From Escherichia phage ZCEC14, in the sequence record OP168898.1: a DNA stretch of 64,000 nucleotides; one strand, 5' to 3'. The notes beneath the pieces were generated by a model. The model had not been told where the DNA came from. It saw only the letters and a list, made by a program, of their open reading frames with translations, and ran no database searches. A program made the position numbers and the translations under genes. Below are positions 20,440 to 32,495 of the stretch, one piece after another. Each line of letters opens with the position of its first letter. Position 1 is the stretch's first letter.

Positions 20440-22694
20440 TTAATGTTATCAAAAGTAGTGGTGTTTCTCAGAGCTTTGACCCACAAAAAATTATTAAAGT
20501 TTTATCTTGGGCAGCTGAGGGAACATCAGTAGATCCTTATGAATTATATGAAAATATTAAATCTTATCTCCGTGATGGAATGACAACTGATGATATTCAG
20601 ACTATTGTCATTAAGGCCGCTGCGAATTCTATTTCGGTCGAAGAGCCTGATTATCAATATGTAGCTGCACGCTGTTTAATGTTCGCTCTTCGTAAGCATG
20701 TTTACGGGCAGTATGAACCACGTTCATTTATTGACCATATTTCTTATTGCGTAAATGAAGGTAAATATGACCCTGAATTATTGTCAAAATATTCAGCAGA
20801 AGAAATTACATTTTTAGAATCAAAAATTAAGCACGAACGGGATATGGAATTTACTTATTCCGGGGCGATGCAATTAAAAGAAAAATATCTAGTTAAAGAT
20901 AAAACCACTGGTCAAATTTATGAAACTCCACAGTTTGCATTTATGACTATTGGAATGGCATTGCATCAAGATGAACCTGTTGATAGATTAAAACATGTTA
21001 TTCGTTTTTATGAAGCAGTATCTACTCGACAGATTTCATTGCCAACTCCTATTATGGCTGGTTGTCGTACTCCTACTCGACAGTTCAGTTCATGCGTTGT
21101 TATTGAGGCAGGCGATTCATTAAAGTCTATCAACAAGGCTTCTGCTTCAATTGTTGAATATATCTCCAAACGCGCTGGAATTGGTATTAACGTTGGTATG
21201 ATTCGTGCCGAAGGTTCTAAGATTGGCATGGGTGAAGTACGCCATACTGGTGTTATTCCTTTTTGGAAACATTTTCAGACTGCTGTTAAATCATGCTCAC
21301 AGGGTGGAATTCGTGGCGGCGCTGCTACTGCTTATTATCCTATTTGGCATTTGGAAGTTGAAAATCTTCTCGTTTTGAAAAATAACAAAGGCGTAGAAGA
21401 AAACCGCATTCGTCATATGGATTATGGTGTTCAACTGAATGATTTGATGATGGAACGATTCGGAAAGAATGATTACATTACTTTGTTCAGTCCGCATGAA
21501 ATGGGTGGAGAGCTTTATTATTCTTATTTTAAAGACCAAGACCGTTTCCGTGAATTATACGAAGCAGCAGAAAAAGACCCTAATATTCGTAAAAAGCGTA
21601 TTAAAGCCCGTGAACTATTTGAATTGCTCATGACTGAACGCTCAGGAACAGCAAGGATTTATGTGCAGTTCATTGATAATACGAATAACTATACTCCGTT
21701 TATTCGTGAAAAGGCACCTATTCGTCAGAGTAACTTGTGCTGTGAAATTGCTATTCCAACAAATGATGTGAATAGTCCTGATGCTGAAATTGGATTGTGT
21801 ACTCTCTCTGCATTCGTATTAGACAATTTTGACTGGCAAGACCAAGATAAAATTAATGAATTGGCAGAAGTTCAAGTTCGTGCTCTTGATAATCTTTTGG
21901 ATTACCAAGGATATCCAGTTCCTGAAGCAGAAAAAGCTAAAAAGCGTCGTAACCTCGGTGTAGGTGTTACCAACTATGCAGCTTGGCTGGCAAGTAACTT
22001 TGCTTCTTATGAAGATGCTAACGATTTAACACATGAACTATTTGAGAGATTACAGTATGGACTCATTAAAGCATCCATTAAGCTCGCCAAAGAAAAAGGA
22101 CCTTGCGAATATTATTCAGACACTCGTTGGTCTCGAGGCGAATTACCTATCGACTGGTACAATAAAAAGATTGACCAAATCGCAGCTCCAAAATACGTTT
22201 GTGACTGGTCGTCGCTGCGGGAAGACCTTAAGCTCTTTGGCATCCGTAATAGCACATTATCAGCACTTATGCCATGTGAGTCATCTTCCCAAGTTTCTAA
22301 CAGTACAAACGGTATCGAGCCTCCACGTGGACCAGTCTCTGTTAAAGAATCAAAAGAGGGCTCCTTTAATCAAGTCGTGCCCAATATTGAGCATAACATA
22401 GACCTCTATGATTATACATGGAAATTAGCTAAGAAAGGTAATAAACCTTATCTTACGCAGGTAGCTATTATGCTGAAATGGGTTTGTCAATCAGCTTCAG
22501 CGAATACATACTATGACCCACAGATTTTTCCAAAAGGAAAGGTTCCAATGTCAATAATGATTGATGACCTTTTGTATTTTTGGTATTTTGGCGGAAAAAA
22601 TTTCTATTATCATAATACCCGCGATGGTTCTGGTACTGATGATTATGAAATAGAAACTCCAAAAGCTGAAGATTGTTCATCCTGTAAATTATGA
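20430..22694 (+). CDS. nrdA: aerobic ribonucleotide reductase large subunit
   Basis: 754-aa ORF, same length as T4 NrdA; N-terminal ATP-cone and catalytic motifs. Confidence 0.95.
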   Translation: MQLINVIKSSGVSQSFDPQKIIKVLSWAAEGTSVDPYELYENIKSYLRDGMTTDDIQTIVIKAAANSISVEEPDYQYVAARCLMFALRKHVYGQYEPRSFIDHISYCVNEGKYDPELLSKYSAEEITFLESKIKHERDMEFTYSGAMQLKEKYLVKDKTTGQIYETPQFAFMTIGMALHQDEPVDRLKHVIRFYEAVSTRQISLPTPIMAGCRTPTRQFSSCVVIEAGDSLKSINKASASIVEYISKRAGIGINVGMIRAEGSKIGMGEVRHTGVIPFWKHFQTAVKSCSQGGIRGGAATAYYPIWHLEVENLLVLKNNKGVEENRIRHMDYGVQLNDLMMERFGKNDYITLFSPHEMGGELYYSYFKDQDRFRELYEAAEKDPNIRKKRIKARELFELLMTERSGTARIYVQFIDNTNNYTPFIREKAPIRQSNLCCEIAIPTNDVNSPDAEIGLCTLSAFVLDNFDWQDQDKINELAEVQVRALDNLLDYQGYPVPEAEKAKKRRNLGVGVTNYAAWLASNFASYEDANDLTHELFERLQYGLIKASIKLAKEKGPCEYYSDTRWSRGELPIDWYNKKIDQIAAPKYVCDWSSLREDLKLFGIRNSTLSALMPCESSSQVSNSTNGIEPPRGPVSVKESKEGSFNQVVPNIEHNIDLYDYTWKLAKKGNKPYLTQVAIMLKWVCQSASANTYYDPQIFPKGKVPMSIMIDDLLYFWYFGGKNFYYHNTRDGSGTDDYEIETPKAEDCSSCKL

Positions 22695-22745
22695 TATAAT
22701 TTGACTCACGGACGAGTCACCAACTATTAACTAAGTGGAAAATTT

Positions 22746-23924
22746 ATGAGCACAGTTTTTAATACAAATCCAGTTGATGTTTTAAAAGAACCTATGTTTT
22801 TTGGTTCAGGTCTTGGTATTGCGCGTTATGATATTCAACGTCATAAAGTTTTTGAAGATTTAACCGAAAAGCAATTATCATTTTTCTGGCGTCCCGAAGA
22901 AGTAAACTTAATGATGGATGCTGCACAATTTAATAAACTTCCTCAGTATCAGCAGAATATTTTTACTAACAACTTGAAGTATCAATCACTTTTGGATAGC
23001 ATTCAGGGTCGTGCACCGTCTGCTGTACTTATGTCATTAATTTCAGACCCAAGTCTTGATACATGGGTTGCTACATGGACTTTTAGTGAAACTATTCACA
23101 GTCGTTCATATACTCATATCATGCGAAATCTTTATACTGATCCATCGAAGGTATTTGATGAGATTGTATTAGATGAAGCTATTATGAAACGTGCTGAATC
23201 CATTGGGCGTTATTATGATGATGTTCTGATTAAAACCCGTGAATGGGAAAATGCTAAAGAATTTGTAGAACTAGCTAAAGAATCTCCTGATGCTGTCTTT
23301 CGTTTAAACCGAGCTATTAAACAAGAAGCCGAAGCTAAACGTGCTTTAATGAAATCTCTTTACCTCTGTTTGCACGTTATTAATGCCTTAGAAGCTATTC
23401 GTTTTTATGTATCTTTCGCATGCACCTTTAACTTCCATAAGAACATGGAAATCATGGAAGGTAATGCCAAGATTATGAAGTTCATTGCACGTGATGAGCA
23501 GCTTCACCTTAAAGGCACTCAATATATTATTCGTCAGCTTCAATCCGGTACTGATGGTGATGAATGGGTTAAAATTGCTCAAGAGTGTGAACAAGAAGCA
23601 GTTGATATTTTCATGGAAGTTAACCGCCAAGAAAAAGATTGGGCAGTTCATTTATTTAAAGACGGCGATGTTCCTGGATTAAATACAAATAGCATGTGGA
23701 GCTTTATTGATTACTTAACTGTATCTCGTATGAAACAGTGTGGTCTTCCATGCCCAATTACCGATGCTCCGGTTAAACATCCATATCCTTGGATTCGTGA
23801 ATATCTTAATTCTGATAATGTTCAATCAGCGCCACAAGAAGTAGAACTGTCATCTTACCTTGTTGCACAGATTGATAATGATGTTGATGATAAAGTTATG
23901 ATGAGTTTTAAAAAATACTTTTAA
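22746..23924 (+). CDS. nrdB: aerobic ribonucleotide reductase small subunit, uninterrupted (no intron)
   Basis: continuous 392-aa ORF with the di-iron/tyrosyl-radical fold; starts 51 nt after nrdA. Confidence 0.95.
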   Translation: MSTVFNTNPVDVLKEPMFFGSGLGIARYDIQRHKVFEDLTEKQLSFFWRPEEVNLMMDAAQFNKLPQYQQNIFTNNLKYQSLLDSIQGRAPSAVLMSLISDPSLDTWVATWTFSETIHSRSYTHIMRNLYTDPSKVFDEIVLDEAIMKRAESIGRYYDDVLIKTREWENAKEFVELAKESPDAVFRLNRAIKQEAEAKRALMKSLYLCLHVINALEAIRFYVSFACTFNFHKNMEIMEGNAKIMKFIARDEQLHLKGTQYIIRQLQSGTDGDEWVKIAQECEQEAVDIFMEVNRQEKDWAVHLFKDGDVPGLNTNSMWSFIDYLTVSRMKQCGLPCPITDAPVKHPYPWIREYLNSDNVQSAPQEVELSSYLVAQIDNDVDDKVMMSFKKYF

Positions 23925-23951
23925 GGAGTGGGCCGCAAGGCCCATTTTATT

Positions 23952-23954
<3 letters not shown>
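23923..23954 (+). promoter_or_regulatory. split ribosome-binding site for denA (SD-hairpin-ATG)
   Basis: AAGGAG at 23923-23928, hairpin TGGGCC-GCAA-GGCCCA at 23929-23944, ATG at 23952; 23 nt linear spacing, about 7 nt if the hairpin forms. Confidence 0.5.
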
Positions 23955-25539
<1,585 letters not shown>

Positions 25540-25542
25540 GTT

Positions 25543-25596
25543 GTTTACAAGTCACTCGTGTTGTGTTATAGTAGTCTTACTGACATAACATGAGGA
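25543..25596 (+). repeat. promoter-leader repeat family B, copy 1 (partner at 41070-41123)
   Basis: 54 nt identical to 41070-41123; contains GTTTACA 25543-25549, extended -10 TGTTATAGT, and GAGGA SD. Confidence 0.85.
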
Positions 25597-25603
25597 CTTT
25601 ATG

Positions 25604-26107
25604 ATGGATTTGCAGCTTATTACTACTGAAATGGTCGTTGAAGCATACGGTGATACTACAGATGGGATTTCTGTATTCAAAGGAAATCGTCGAGTTGGAT
25701 ATATCACCGATCTTAAGAAAGATTTAGCTAAGCAAGTCAAGCGGAAAACGACCATTAAAGAATATCGAAATCGTCGTCTTGAGCAAGCCCGTGATATGCT
25801 TCCTGATGCGGTTGAAGAGATGAAAGTCTTTTTAGAAAATCAACTCGCTAAGTATGAGTGCGAAGTGTTCATTAATCAGACTCAACCCAATGTTCATATC
25901 AATAGCTGCAAATGCTATATCATCGTTAATCCTTTGACAGGAAAACATCGTCTTGGAATTAGTAATCCAAATCGTAGTGCATCGGATATGGCAGAAGATG
26001 TTGAGGCATGCTTTAAAATTTCTAAATCTCCAGCTGAACATCATATTTTAATTAACGGTCTTTCTCAAGACGATATTATAGAGGTTATTAAAACTTTATG
26101 CATGTAA
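25604..26107 (+). CDS. alc: Alc, inhibitor of host transcription on cytosine-containing DNA
   Basis: 167 aa from the ATG at 25604 (T4 length); position after rnlA; identification by synteny and partial sequence recall. Confidence 0.7.
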   Translation: MDLQLITTEMVVEAYGDTTDGISVFKGNRRVGYITDLKKDLAKQVKRKTTIKEYRNRRLEQARDMLPDAVEEMKVFLENQLAKYECEVFINQTQPNVHINSCKCYIIVNPLTGKHRLGISNPNRSASDMAEDVEACFKISKSPAEHHILINGLSQDDIIEVIKTLCM

Positions 26108-26451
26108 GTAATTTTACAGCTGGATTGCTATTACTTGTAATAGCATTTGGCGGAACATCTATTATTTTAAAAAATAAGGTAGAAAGATTAGAAACATCGG
26201 TTACTGAAATTACAAAAACTGCCAATGAAAACGCTTTAGCATTAAATAATTTGCGAATTCAGTATAATTATATTGATGCGATGAATAATAAAAATCGTGA
26301 GGCAATTGCCGCTATTGAGCGTGAAAATGAAAAACTGCGCAAAGACGCAAAGAAGGCGGATGTGGTGGCTCATAAGCCAGGATTGGTTGAAAAACAAATC
26401 AACAACTCCTTCAACAAGTTCGCAGAAGACATCCAGGACCTTTCTAAATGA
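26098..26451 (+). CDS. inner-membrane spanin (i-spanin)
   Basis: N-terminal TM helix (FTAGLLLLVIAFGGTSIIL) followed by coiled-coil-like sequence; immediately upstream of a lipoprotein ORF; corresponds to the T4 pseT.3 position. Confidence 0.6.
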   Translation: MHVSNFTAGLLLLVIAFGGTSIILKNKVERLETSVTEITKTANENALALNNLRIQYNYIDAMNNKNREAIAAIERENEKLRKDAKKADVVAHKPGLVEKQINNSFNKFAEDIQDLSK

Positions 26452-26747
26452 TTAAACTATCAGCAGTAATATTATCTATTGGTCTTCTAGTTGGTTGTTC
26501 GACAAAGCCTCTAGAAGTAAAGAAAGAAACAGTTCATCCCAATTGGCCTGTGCAAATAAAGTCATATGACGAAGCTAAACTATCTTGGCAAGTTAAAGTT
26601 ATCGATGGTAAAGCTTGGGTCGGTATGCCATTTGAAGATTCCCAGGAATTTCGAATTTGGCTTAATGATGTAAAACGATATGTACATGACCAGAAAACTA
26701 TGATATGTTATTATCGTCAAGAGCTAAAAGAGGATAAATGTAAATGA
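26448..26747 (+). CDS. outer-membrane lipoprotein spanin (o-spanin)
   Basis: signal peptide with lipobox LLVGCST; ATGA overlap with the i-spanin gene; corresponds to the T4 pseT.2 position. Confidence 0.6.
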   Translation: MIKLSAVILSIGLLVGCSTKPLEVKKETVHPNWPVQIKSYDEAKLSWQVKVIDGKAWVGMPFEDSQEFRIWLNDVKRYVHDQKTMICYYRQELKEDKCK

Positions 26748-26970
26748 TTTCATGGCATCAATTTGAACATCTCAAAGGATTGATTTATGAATCCGAGATG
26801 GCTGCAATGATTTATGGACGCCAGATTCAGCGGTTAGAATCTTTACCTCCAACTAATGATGTTTTATTAGCTCAATCGCGTGCTAATCTCAAAAATGAAT
26901 ATCAAAATAAGTGGGGCAAAGCATCTAAAGACCTGCATGATTATATTCAATCATTGGTTGAGAAAAATAA

Positions 26971-26974
<4 letters not shown>
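26744..26974 (+). CDS. hypothetical protein, 76 aa
   Basis: track ORF; overlapping stop/start layout. Confidence 0.45.
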
Positions 26975-28178
<1,204 letters not shown>

Positions 28179-28242
28179 TGGCTTTGCACCATGAAACTTG
28201 GTATGTTATTAATTGGCTTGAAGAAAATTATGTGAGGTAAAT

Positions 28243-28518
28243 ATGTTTCCGACTTACTCTAAAATCGTAGAAGTAGTGTTTAGCCAAATTATCGCTAATA
28301 ATATGTTTGAAAAACTTGATAATGCAGCCGAGCTTCGAATCCATGCTCAAGTGACTCATGTATTGAACGCTTTGCTTCCAGACCAGGTGGATTCTATTGC
28401 CATTACACTGTATCCAGGTTCCGCGCATATCATTGTCGTATTTGGTCTTGATGCTGAGCTAGTTATCAAAGGCGATATTCGTTTTGAATCGCAGACAGCA
28501 GAATTCAAAGCAATTTAA
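28243..28518 (+). CDS. hypothetical protein, 91 aa
   Basis: ATG with GAGGT SD. Confidence 0.45.
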   Translation: MFPTYSKIVEVVFSQIIANNMFEKLDNAAELRIHAQVTHVLNALLPDQVDSIAITLYPGSAHIIVVFGLDAELVIKGDIRFESQTAEFKAI

Positions 28519-28520
28519 TA

Positions 28521-28550
28521 GTTTACTTTACGGTAGAGTTGTGATATTAT
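28521..28550 (+). promoter_or_regulatory. early promoter
   Basis: GTTTACT 28521-28527, 17-nt spacer, TATTAT 28545-28550; the -10 lies inside the inverted repeat GGTAGAG/CTCTACC. Confidence 0.45.
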
Positions 28551-28580
28551 AGCTCTACCAAAACAAATGAGGAAATTGAA

Positions 28581-29111
28581 ATGAGCGAATGGTTTGAAGA
28601 AGATAAGGTTTATCGCTTTAAAACTGGGTATAAAGATATTTTTAATGAAACTTGCGGGGCTAATAAACGAATTGCCCAGTTTATTGGGGAAAATTCATTT
28701 AAAGTAAAAATAGATCCTGCGAAAAATGTTATTAGCATTAAACGCGAAATTGATGACTGTTGGTATAAAGCTGTTGATGTAATGGGCGAATCCTATAAAG
28801 TTAGCCCGTTATTTTCAATTGCTTATATGTTAGAATATTCTTTTTTCGAAGAAGTTCAAAAAGATGATTCTGTCAGTAAATTTGAAATTAAAACTGATAA
28901 AGAAATTAAGTGGAAAGTAGTAGGTATTACTGGTTGTATGTTTTATATCTATGCTCAAACTGATACGAAGGAAGAAGCTAAAAAGAAAGCTCTAGAATAT
29001 CTTGAAGAGTATGAAGAAGGTCCGGTAATGATTACTCAAGATGCTGAATTAGTTTCTGTCAAATTAGTTAAAAACGTTGAAAGTAAGGAGCTGGGATCAA
29101 CATGCTGCTAA
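28581..29111 (+). CDS. hypothetical protein, 176 aa
   Basis: ATG with GAGGAAA SD. Confidence 0.5.
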   Translation: MSEWFEEDKVYRFKTGYKDIFNETCGANKRIAQFIGENSFKVKIDPAKNVISIKREIDDCWYKAVDVMGESYKVSPLFSIAYMLEYSFFEEVQKDDSVSKFEIKTDKEIKWKVVGITGCMFYIYAQTDTKEEAKKKALEYLEEYEEGPVMITQDAELVSVKLVKNVESKELGSTCC

Positions 29112-29341
29112 GTGAAAAACCAATTACTGTTAAAGAATTCCAAGAAAAAGTTAAACTATTTGCACAGGAATTAGTAAATAAGGTTTCTGAACGATTTCCT
29201 GAAACATCGGTTCGTGTTATTACCGAAACTCCTCGTTCAGTATTAGTAATTGTGAATCCAGGTGATGGCGATCAAATATCGCATCTTAAACTGGATTTTG
29301 ATGGATTAGTTGAAGCACAAAGGGTGTATGGCGTACTATGA
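29102..29341 (+). CDS. hypothetical protein, 79 aa
   Basis: track ORF, overlaps the upstream ORF end. Confidence 0.4.
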   Translation: MLLSEKPITVKEFQEKVKLFAQELVNKVSERFPETSVRVITETPRSVLVIVNPGDGDQISHLKLDFDGLVEAQRVYGVL

Positions 29342-29676
29342 TGAATTTAACTGATATAATTGATAATTGTCTTGAAAATGATACTGGCGATCATAGAGCG
29401 CTTGATTCTGAAACAGCACAGTTCATTAGAATAACTTTAATGAATGATACTCTGGTGAATAGTATTCATCCTTCTGTGTATGATGCTATTATTGTGACGA
29501 AGTATCCGGTTGAGCTTCACAAAAAGATGACTGGCGCCGTTTTTATTGATAAGAAAAACCGCTTTAAAGATGGGCAGAATATAATTAGTTCTGTTATTAA
29601 AAGTATAACTAAACTTCGTCACGAAATTTATCGGGTTGAAACTGCTAAATCTGCTTATCTGGTGATTATGAAATGA
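29338..29676 (+). CDS. hypothetical protein, 112 aa
   Basis: track ORF, ATGA-type overlap. Confidence 0.45.
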   Translation: MMNLTDIIDNCLENDTGDHRALDSETAQFIRITLMNDTLVNSIHPSVYDAIIVTKYPVELHKKMTGAVFIDKKNRFKDGQNIISSVIKSITKLRHEIYRVETAKSAYLVIMK

Positions 29677-30254
29677 AAGCGAGTACAGTACTTCAAATTG
29701 CATATTTAGTATCGCAGGAATCAAAATGCTGCTCTTGGAAGGTAGGAGCAGTAATTGAAAAGAATGGACGTATTATTTCTACTGGGTATAATGGTTCACC
29801 TGCAGGGGGTGTGAACTGTTGTGATTATGCTGCTGAGCAAGGTTGGTTGTTGAATAAGCCTAAACACACTATCATTCAAGGTCATAAGCCTGAATGCGTA
29901 TCATTTGGTTCAACTGATCGGTTTGTCTTAGCGAAAGAACATCGTAGTGCTCACTCGGAATGGTCATCTAAAAATGAAATTCATGCTGAACTAAACGCAA
30001 TTTTGTTTGCTGCACGAAATGGTTCTTCTATTGAAGGTGCTACTATGTATGTAACACTTTCTCCTTGTCCAGATTGTGCAAAAGCGATAGCTCAATCTGG
30101 AATTAAAAAGCTGGTTTATTGCGAAACATACGACAAAAATAAACCTGGTTGGGATGATATTCTGCGAAATGCAGGTATTGAAGTGTTTAATGTTCCTAAG
30201 AAAAACTTGAATAAGTTAAACTGGGAAAATATCAACGAATTCTGTGGTGAATAA
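29673..30254 (+). CDS. cd: dCMP deaminase
   Basis: 193-aa ORF (T4 length); zinc-binding HAE...PCxxC deaminase motifs. Confidence 0.9.
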   Translation: MKASTVLQIAYLVSQESKCCSWKVGAVIEKNGRIISTGYNGSPAGGVNCCDYAAEQGWLLNKPKHTIIQGHKPECVSFGSTDRFVLAKEHRSAHSEWSSKNEIHAELNAILFAARNGSSIEGATMYVTLSPCPDCAKAIAQSGIKKLVYCETYDKNKPGWDDILRNAGIEVFNVPKKNLNKLNWENINEFCGE

Positions 30255-30490
30255 TGAAATTTCGTTTGGTAAAGCTTACAGCAATTAGTTCTTATTCTAA
30301 TGAGAACATCTCGTTTGCTGTAGAGTATAAGAAGTATTTTTTCTCTAAATGGAAACAGTATTATAAAACTGATTGGACTAGTATTGATAGGCCGTATAGT
30401 TGGAAATCTGATTTAGAAAAATGCCAAAAATTGCTTTCCACTCTTAAAGAGCGTGGAACAACCCATATTAAAACTGTAATAGGTAAATAA
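30254..30490 (+). CDS. hypothetical protein, 78 aa
   Basis: TAATG overlap with the cd stop. Confidence 0.4.
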   Translation: MKFRLVKLTAISSYSNENISFAVEYKKYFFSKWKQYYKTDWTSIDRPYSWKSDLEKCQKLLSTLKERGTTHIKTVIGK

Positions 30491-30799
30491 ATGAAACTGA
30501 CAACTGAACAGAAAGTAGCAATTCGTGAAATTTTGAAAACTAAATTGTCCATGGGTATTTCAAACATAGTTTTTGAAAAGTCTGATGGTACTATTCGTAC
30601 TATGAAAGGTACTCGTGATGCAGATTTTATGCCAACCATGCAAACTGGTAAATTGACTGAATCTACTCGGAAAGAATCTACTGACATGATTCCAGTATTT
30701 GATGTTGAACTTGGTGCATGGCGAGGTTTTTCTATTGACAAATTGATTTCCGTTAATGGTATGAAAGTTGAGCATTTGCTCCAATTTATTGGTAAATAA
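30491..30799 (+). CDS. hypothetical protein, 102 aa
   Basis: ATG ORF. Confidence 0.45.
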   Translation: MKLTTEQKVAIREILKTKLSMGISNIVFEKSDGTIRTMKGTRDADFMPTMQTGKLTESTRKESTDMIPVFDVELGAWRGFSIDKLISVNGMKVEHLLQFIGK

Positions 30800-30855
30800 A
30801 TGCTTTAAGAATTATTTGTTATTATTAATTCATCTGTTAACAAAAAGGAAAAACG

Positions 30856-31191
30856 ATGTCTGAAGTACAACAGTTACCAATTCGTGCTGTCGGTGAATAT
30901 GTTATTTTAGTTTCTGAACCTGCACAAGCTGGTGATGAAGAAGTTACAGAATCAGGACTTATTATTGGTAAACGTGTCCAAGGTGAAGTTCCTGAACTGT
31001 GTGTAGTTCACTCTGTCGGTCCTGATGTTCCTGAAGGTTTTTGCGAAGTTGGTGATTTGACTTCTCTTCCAGTTGGTCAAATTCGAAATGTTCCGCATCC
31101 TTTTGTAGCTCTGGGTCTTAAGCAGCCAAAAGAAATTAAACAAAAATTCGTTACTTGCCACTATAAAGCTATTCCGTGTCTTTATAAGTGA
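30856..31191 (+). CDS. 31: gp31 co-chaperonin (GroES-like)
   Basis: 111-aa ORF matching recalled T4 gp31 ([39 protein letters not shown]...). Confidence 0.9.
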
Positions 31192-31338
31192 TATAAATAA
31201 TAATATGAATTGGGTGTCGGAATAATAAGTTAACCGAACAATTCTATGTGGTAGTCTACAACTGAGAGATCTGTCGAAAGAAGATGAAATTCAGAAGAAC
31301 GTGACTACCGAGTTTTAATCTCTAACGAGAATTTTTAA

Positions 31339-31587
31339 ATGATTAAACAATTACAACACGCTCTTGAACTGCAACGAAACGCATGGAATAATGGTCACGA
31401 AAACTATGGCGCATCTATTGATGTTGAAGCCGAAGCTCTTGAAATCCTGCGTTATTTCAAACATCTGAATCCTGCTCAAACTGCATTAGCTGCTGAGCTT
31501 CAGGAAAAAGATGAACTTAAATATGCTAAGCCTCTGGCTTCTGCTGCACGAAAAGCAGTTCGTCACTTTGTGGTAACATTGAAGTAA
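31339..31587 (+). CDS. rIII: rIII lysis-inhibition accessory protein
   Basis: 82-aa ORF matching recalled T4 rIII (MIKQLQHALELQRNAWNNGHENYG...). Confidence 0.85.
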   Translation: MIKQLQHALELQRNAWNNGHENYGASIDVEAEALEILRYFKHLNPAQTALAAELQEKDELKYAKPLASAARKAVRHFVVTLK

Positions 31588-31875
31588 TTTATTGGAGATT
31601 CACTGCCTTAGTGTGAGCTAAATCGAGGAGCCGTCGAACTGTCTGATTAATGATTTGCGAATCATTATAGTTTTAAGACCCCGGCAGTTTTACGGTGTAC
31701 CTCTTGAATGTTACTATCATGCGTCAGAAAAGTGTTATCTGTGTAAGTCTTGGTGGTATGATGACGGGTTTATGGTTATCCTGGTCGTTAAATATCCAAA
31801 AACCTATGTTCCCCTTGAGGGCTTGCGCAGGCAATGCCAATAAGTCCTGCATTTTCATTTAAAAGAGAATTTATA

Positions 31876-32052
31876 ATGGCAAAACAAGCTAAAGCAAAGA
31901 AAGCAGTTGAAAAGAAAGTTGGTGATTCTAAACGCGCTGGCTACAAGCGTGGGTCGAACTCTCGTATCAATCAAACTGTTGAGAAGATCATGCGCCGAGC
32001 ACGTGCGGTTCTTCGAGATGATGCTTCTCGTTTTGGTAAGCAGAAAGCATAA
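31876..32052 (+). CDS. small lysine/arginine-rich protein, 58 aa
   Basis: ATG at 31876 (track ORF from 31834 has a longer N-terminus); ends at a strong terminator. Confidence 0.4.
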   Translation: MAKQAKAKKAVEKKVGDSKRAGYKRGSNSRINQTVEKIMRRARAVLRDDASRFGKQKA

Positions 32053-32057
32053 GTTGA

Positions 32058-32086
32058 GGACTCCTTCGGGAGTCCTTTTTTATTTT
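32058..32086 (+). terminator. rho-independent terminator
   Basis: GGACTCC-TTCG-GGAGTCC then TTTTTTATTTT. Confidence 0.75.
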
Positions 32087-32105
32087 CCAAAGACTGCACA
32101 AAGTT

Positions 32106-32135
32106 GTTTACAGTACGGTTCCTTTGTGATAGTAT
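32106..32135 (+). promoter_or_regulatory. early promoter
   Basis: GTTTACA 32106-32112, 17-nt spacer, TAGTAT 32130-32135. Confidence 0.5.
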
Positions 32136-32162
32136 TATCTTACACAAACAAAGGAGAATAAA

Positions 32163-32495
32163 ATGAAAACTATTAATCTGAACGCTACAGTTAAAACTAA
32201 ATGCTTCAATGGTAAATATAATGAAACTATGTGGTTCTTAATGGCAGTTGAAGGTGATATTATTGAAGTAGAAACAACAGAAGGTATGGGAACAGATTTC
32301 ACCTTTACAATTCAAGTTCATAATTTCTTTACTGGTTGGATTTATGAATTGAATACAGTAATCGTTGGAAAAATTGAACAAAATGAATTAGGCGAATGGC
32401 ATTATGTTACAGCTCGCCAACGTGCAGAACGTTTAATTGAGAAGATGAAAAAAGTTGGTAAACTTGACATGCAGCACTGGAAAGTAGTAAAATAA
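32163..32495 (+). CDS. hypothetical protein, 110 aa
   Basis: ATG with AAGGAG SD. Confidence 0.5.
   Translation: MKTINLNATVKTKCFNGKYNETMWFLMAVEGDIIEVETTEGMGTDFTFTIQVHNFFTGWIYELNTVIVGKIEQNELGEWHYVTARQRAERLIEKMKKVGKLDMQHWKVVK

Noticed and set aside
31655-31843. 62-aa track ORF in the interval after rIII
   Set aside because: No ATG start with an SD, and composition unlike neighbouring genes; treated as non-coding pending expression data.
31907-32161. 84-aa track ORF overlapping the small basic gene, terminator and promoter
   Set aside because: Spans a strong terminator and a promoter, and is out of frame with the better-supported ORF 31876-32052.
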